From an uncultured virus (IMG/VR IMGVR_UViG_3300031787_000058) (lineage: Duplodnaviria > Heunggongvirae > Uroviricota > Caudoviricetes), in the IMG/VR virus record IMGVR_UViG_3300031787_000058: a stretch of 64,000 nt of DNA. One strand, written 5' to 3'. A model generated the notes under the pieces. That model was not told where the DNA came from. It did no database searches and saw nothing but the letters and a program-made list of their open reading frames with translations. The position numbers were made by a program, and so were the translations under genes. Shown here one piece after another: positions 61,758-64,000 of this stretch; within the stretch, counting starts at the first letter, position 1, and every line of letters starts with the position of its first letter.

Positions 61758-63709
61758 CAGAGCGTCGCCAGTTCTCGCGCGGTCTGGGCGACGCGCAACT
61801 CACGAAAGCGCCCCGTGCCGCTGATCTTGATGCGATACCGGTCGGACTCGTACCCCGACGGAAGGCGGAAGGTCGAGATGCCTTGCGGGATGGACTGCGT
61901 GTGCCGCAGCGAGTACGTGCCGTTGACGAGCGCCCAGAGCTCGAGCGTCCAGGTGCCCTGCGTAACAGCCTGGCCAATTCCAAAGTTCAGCGGGCGATCG
62001 AGCACGATCTCGCGCGACTGCCAGACGGCGCTTTGATCTGTTCCACCGTTGAACTGGTACAGCATGGCCCCTGTGGCGTAGTACATCTGGTCGGCCATCG
62101 GGCTCACGAACGATGTCTGCGCCACGAAAGACGGCAGATCGGTCATTGCGCCCTCGGCTTCATCCAGCCGGATCATGGCCGGCGTGAAGGCGTTGCTGCT
62201 CGAGAAGATGACGAGGCGCCCGTCCCACACCGCAAGCCGCATTGAGGACAGGCCGGCGCCGAATCGTGCGCGCCAGACTTCGCGCGTGAAGAACTTGCTG
62301 CTGGCATCGAGCGAGGCCCGGCCGCCCACGAGTTCAACGAGCCCGTCGTTGCTGGCGTAGACGACCGATCCGTTGGCGACCGCGATCGACCACTTCGAGA
62401 CGCCCGCCTGATCGACGTTGAGCCTCTGGGTGGTCATGGAGTCCGAGGTAACGCCAGACACCAGGTAGGGGCTGGTCGTCGTCGTGACGACAGCGCCCGA
62501 GCCATAGGAGATGCCGCCTACTATGGAGTTCGGCAGCACCTTCACATAGGACGGCGGCCACGACCAGGGCTTGTACGCTTCGGAGAAGTGCAACTCGTTG
62601 CCCTTGTACGCGCACAAGATTCCGTTCGGCAGCGCCATCAGGCCGCGCAGGGCCGTGTTCGGCGCATACGCCTCCGTCGAGGACAGTTCCTCGTTCAGGA
62701 GTTCCGGGCGAACGTCGTCGAGGAAATTGTAGTTACCGGCAGGCTGGCCCTGCACGGCGATCGACCCGGCGTAGTAGTACGTGGCGTTGTCTGATCCCGT
62801 GGGGGTGCGGTAGATGCGAATTTCCTTGATCGGCGCGTACGACCCGTCTGCGATCTTGTTCGTCGTGACCGTGACGTTGACACCGGTTCCGGTGCTGATC
62901 GCCGCCACGGGGCTTGGCGGCCCTTCCTCGTTGTAGGTGTTGACGTAGGTGTACACGTACACCCGCGCCTCCTTCTCCTTCTCCGGGATGGTTCCGGTGA
63001 GCTTGATCGTGTAGGTCGCCTGCCCGGAGTCGTCGGCCATCGACAGGCTGTAATAGCCGGCTGTGCTCGTGAACGACGAGTTGTTGGTGTAGATGTCGAA
63101 GATCTGCGAGTTGTCAACAAGCCAGTTGGCGACCAGGCGCACGACCGGGAAGGCGCCCTCCGGGGTATCGACCGCCTTGGCTACCGGGGTGAAGCTGTAC
63201 TGATCATTGCCGAGCGAGGTCGGCGTGATGGTCGCCTCTTGGTACTTCACGCCGCCGTACTCGTAGTGGAAGGTCCACACGAGCGTTGCGGTCGTTGCGT
63301 TTACGGGCTTGATCCCAGACACAACAAGCGTCGGGGCGGCCGTTGGCCGCTGCACCCCGACCTGATACGAAGATGCGGGCACGCCGCCCGTGAGCTGCTG
63401 GCCAAGCCGGTTGGTGACGAAAAGGCCGCCAGTCGTCGAGAAGTAGAGCCGGTTAAACGTGTCGCTGACGAGCGGCGATCGGACGGCATCGGTATCGGTC
63501 GGCCAGGTGTAGAACACCGCGCCGTCGTCGGTGTAGATCGAGGCCGGGGTGTTCTGCATAGTGCCGAACAGGAACCCGCCTTTGGTGTTGCGCAACTCGC
63601 CATAGGCGAAGTCGCAGTTCTGCGCGATGGTGGCCGTGCCTTCTGGGAGCAACGACTCCGGGAGCCTCGGCACAATTCCCTTGAAGATCTCTGCCTTGAA
63701 CCCGGCCAT
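61757..63709 (-). CDS. Podovirus tail hub / stabilisation protein
   Basis: F.GI.PR...LL..A.NC; YVYTYV..EEGPPSP; SEAYKPWSWP; homologous to 5203..6921. Confidence 0.8.
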   Translation of the reverse strand: MAGFKAEIFKGIVPRLPESLLPEGTATIAQNCDFAYGELRNTKGGFLFGTMQNTPASIYTDDGAVFYTWPTDTDAVRSPLVSDTFNRLYFSTTGGLFVTNRLGQQLTGGVPASSYQVGVQRPTAAPTLVVSGIKPVNATTATLVWTFHYEYGGVKYQEATITPTSLGNDQYSFTPVAKAVDTPEGAFPVVRLVANWLVDNSQIFDIYTNNSSFTSTAGYYSLSMADDSGQATYTIKLTGTIPEKEKEARVYVYTYVNTYNEEGPPSPVAAISTGTGVNVTVTTNKIADGSYAPIKEIRIYRTPTGSDNATYYYAGSIAVQGQPAGNYNFLDDVRPELLNEELSSTEAYAPNTALRGLMALPNGILCAYKGNELHFSEAYKPWSWPPSYVKVLPNSIVGGISYGSGAVVTTTTSPYLVSGVTSDSMTTQRLNVDQAGVSKWSIAVANGSVVYASNDGLVELVGGRASLDASSKFFTREVWRARFGAGLSSMRLAVWDGRLVIFSSSNAFTPAMIRLDEAEGAMTDLPSFVAQTSFVSPMADQMYYATGAMLYQFNGGTDQSAVWQSREIVLDRPLNFGIGQAVTQGTWTLELWALVNGTYSLRHTQSIPQGISTFRLPSGYESDRYRIKISGTGRFRELRVAQTARELATL

Positions 63710-63773
63710 AAACTACCCTCACTGTCTCAGACGGTCAGGGAGCGCCCCAGTCGCCCGGGGCGCCCCCGTGCCA

Positions 63774-63965
63774 TCACTTGCCCTCGGCGGGAGCCGGCGC
63801 GGGCTGCTCACCCTCGCTCTTGGGCGCGTTTGCCGCGTTGATCTGGCTCTGCGCCTGGAAGCGCAGCTTGTCGATCACGCCAGCCGTCATCTCGTACGGC
63901 TGCTTGGCCAGGGATGTCAACACGACGTTGGCCTCTTGCTCTTCGAGCTCGAAGTTGAACTTCAT
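63774..63965 (-). CDS. Small conserved phage protein
   Basis: EAN.....LAKQP......I.KL..QA..Q; homologous to 7215..7376. Confidence 0.8.
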   Translation of the reverse strand: MKFNFELEEQEANVVLTSLAKQPYEMTAGVIDKLRFQAQSQINAANAPKSEGEQPAPAPAEGK

Positions 63966-64000
63966 GCGTCACCCTTACTCGGTCACGGGCAGCGGAAGGC

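Overview
The whole window is tailed-phage DNA. It reads as a P22-like podovirus of a Gram-negative host (an Rz/Rz1-type spanin pair is present); no bacterial housekeeping genes, tRNA, rRNA or CRISPR array were recognised. About 16.9-64 kb is one GC-rich phage: P22-like portal, terL and terS, a lysis cassette, VRR-NUC, a repeat-rich putative origin, a chain of small early genes including RadC/JAB, a primase-helicase, a cro/cI-like switch, a Sak4/SSB/Cas4-like/SF2-helicase module, an xis-like gene with no integrase, ejection proteins including a 5120-aa large polyvalent protein, and a tail hub/fibre module. About 0.8-16.6 kb is visibly lower in GC and carries a second, divergent copy of the same tail module, so this is either a recombinant or a chimeric assembly. 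No major capsid gene was recognised. The strongest novel signal is inside the 15.4-kb polyvalent-protein gene. Three of its low-complexity linkers each contain a complete same-strand +1-frame ORF (130, 58 and 24 aa) with its own Shine-Dalgarno, and host-frame codon usage degrades over those stretches, pointing to nested genes. Other candidates are a ~62-nt sRNA with its own promoter and terminator, gene cassettes with shared boundary sequences, a repressor lacking the autocleavage residues, and modular tail-fibre junction repeats. All family assignments come from motif recognition by eye, not database searches.
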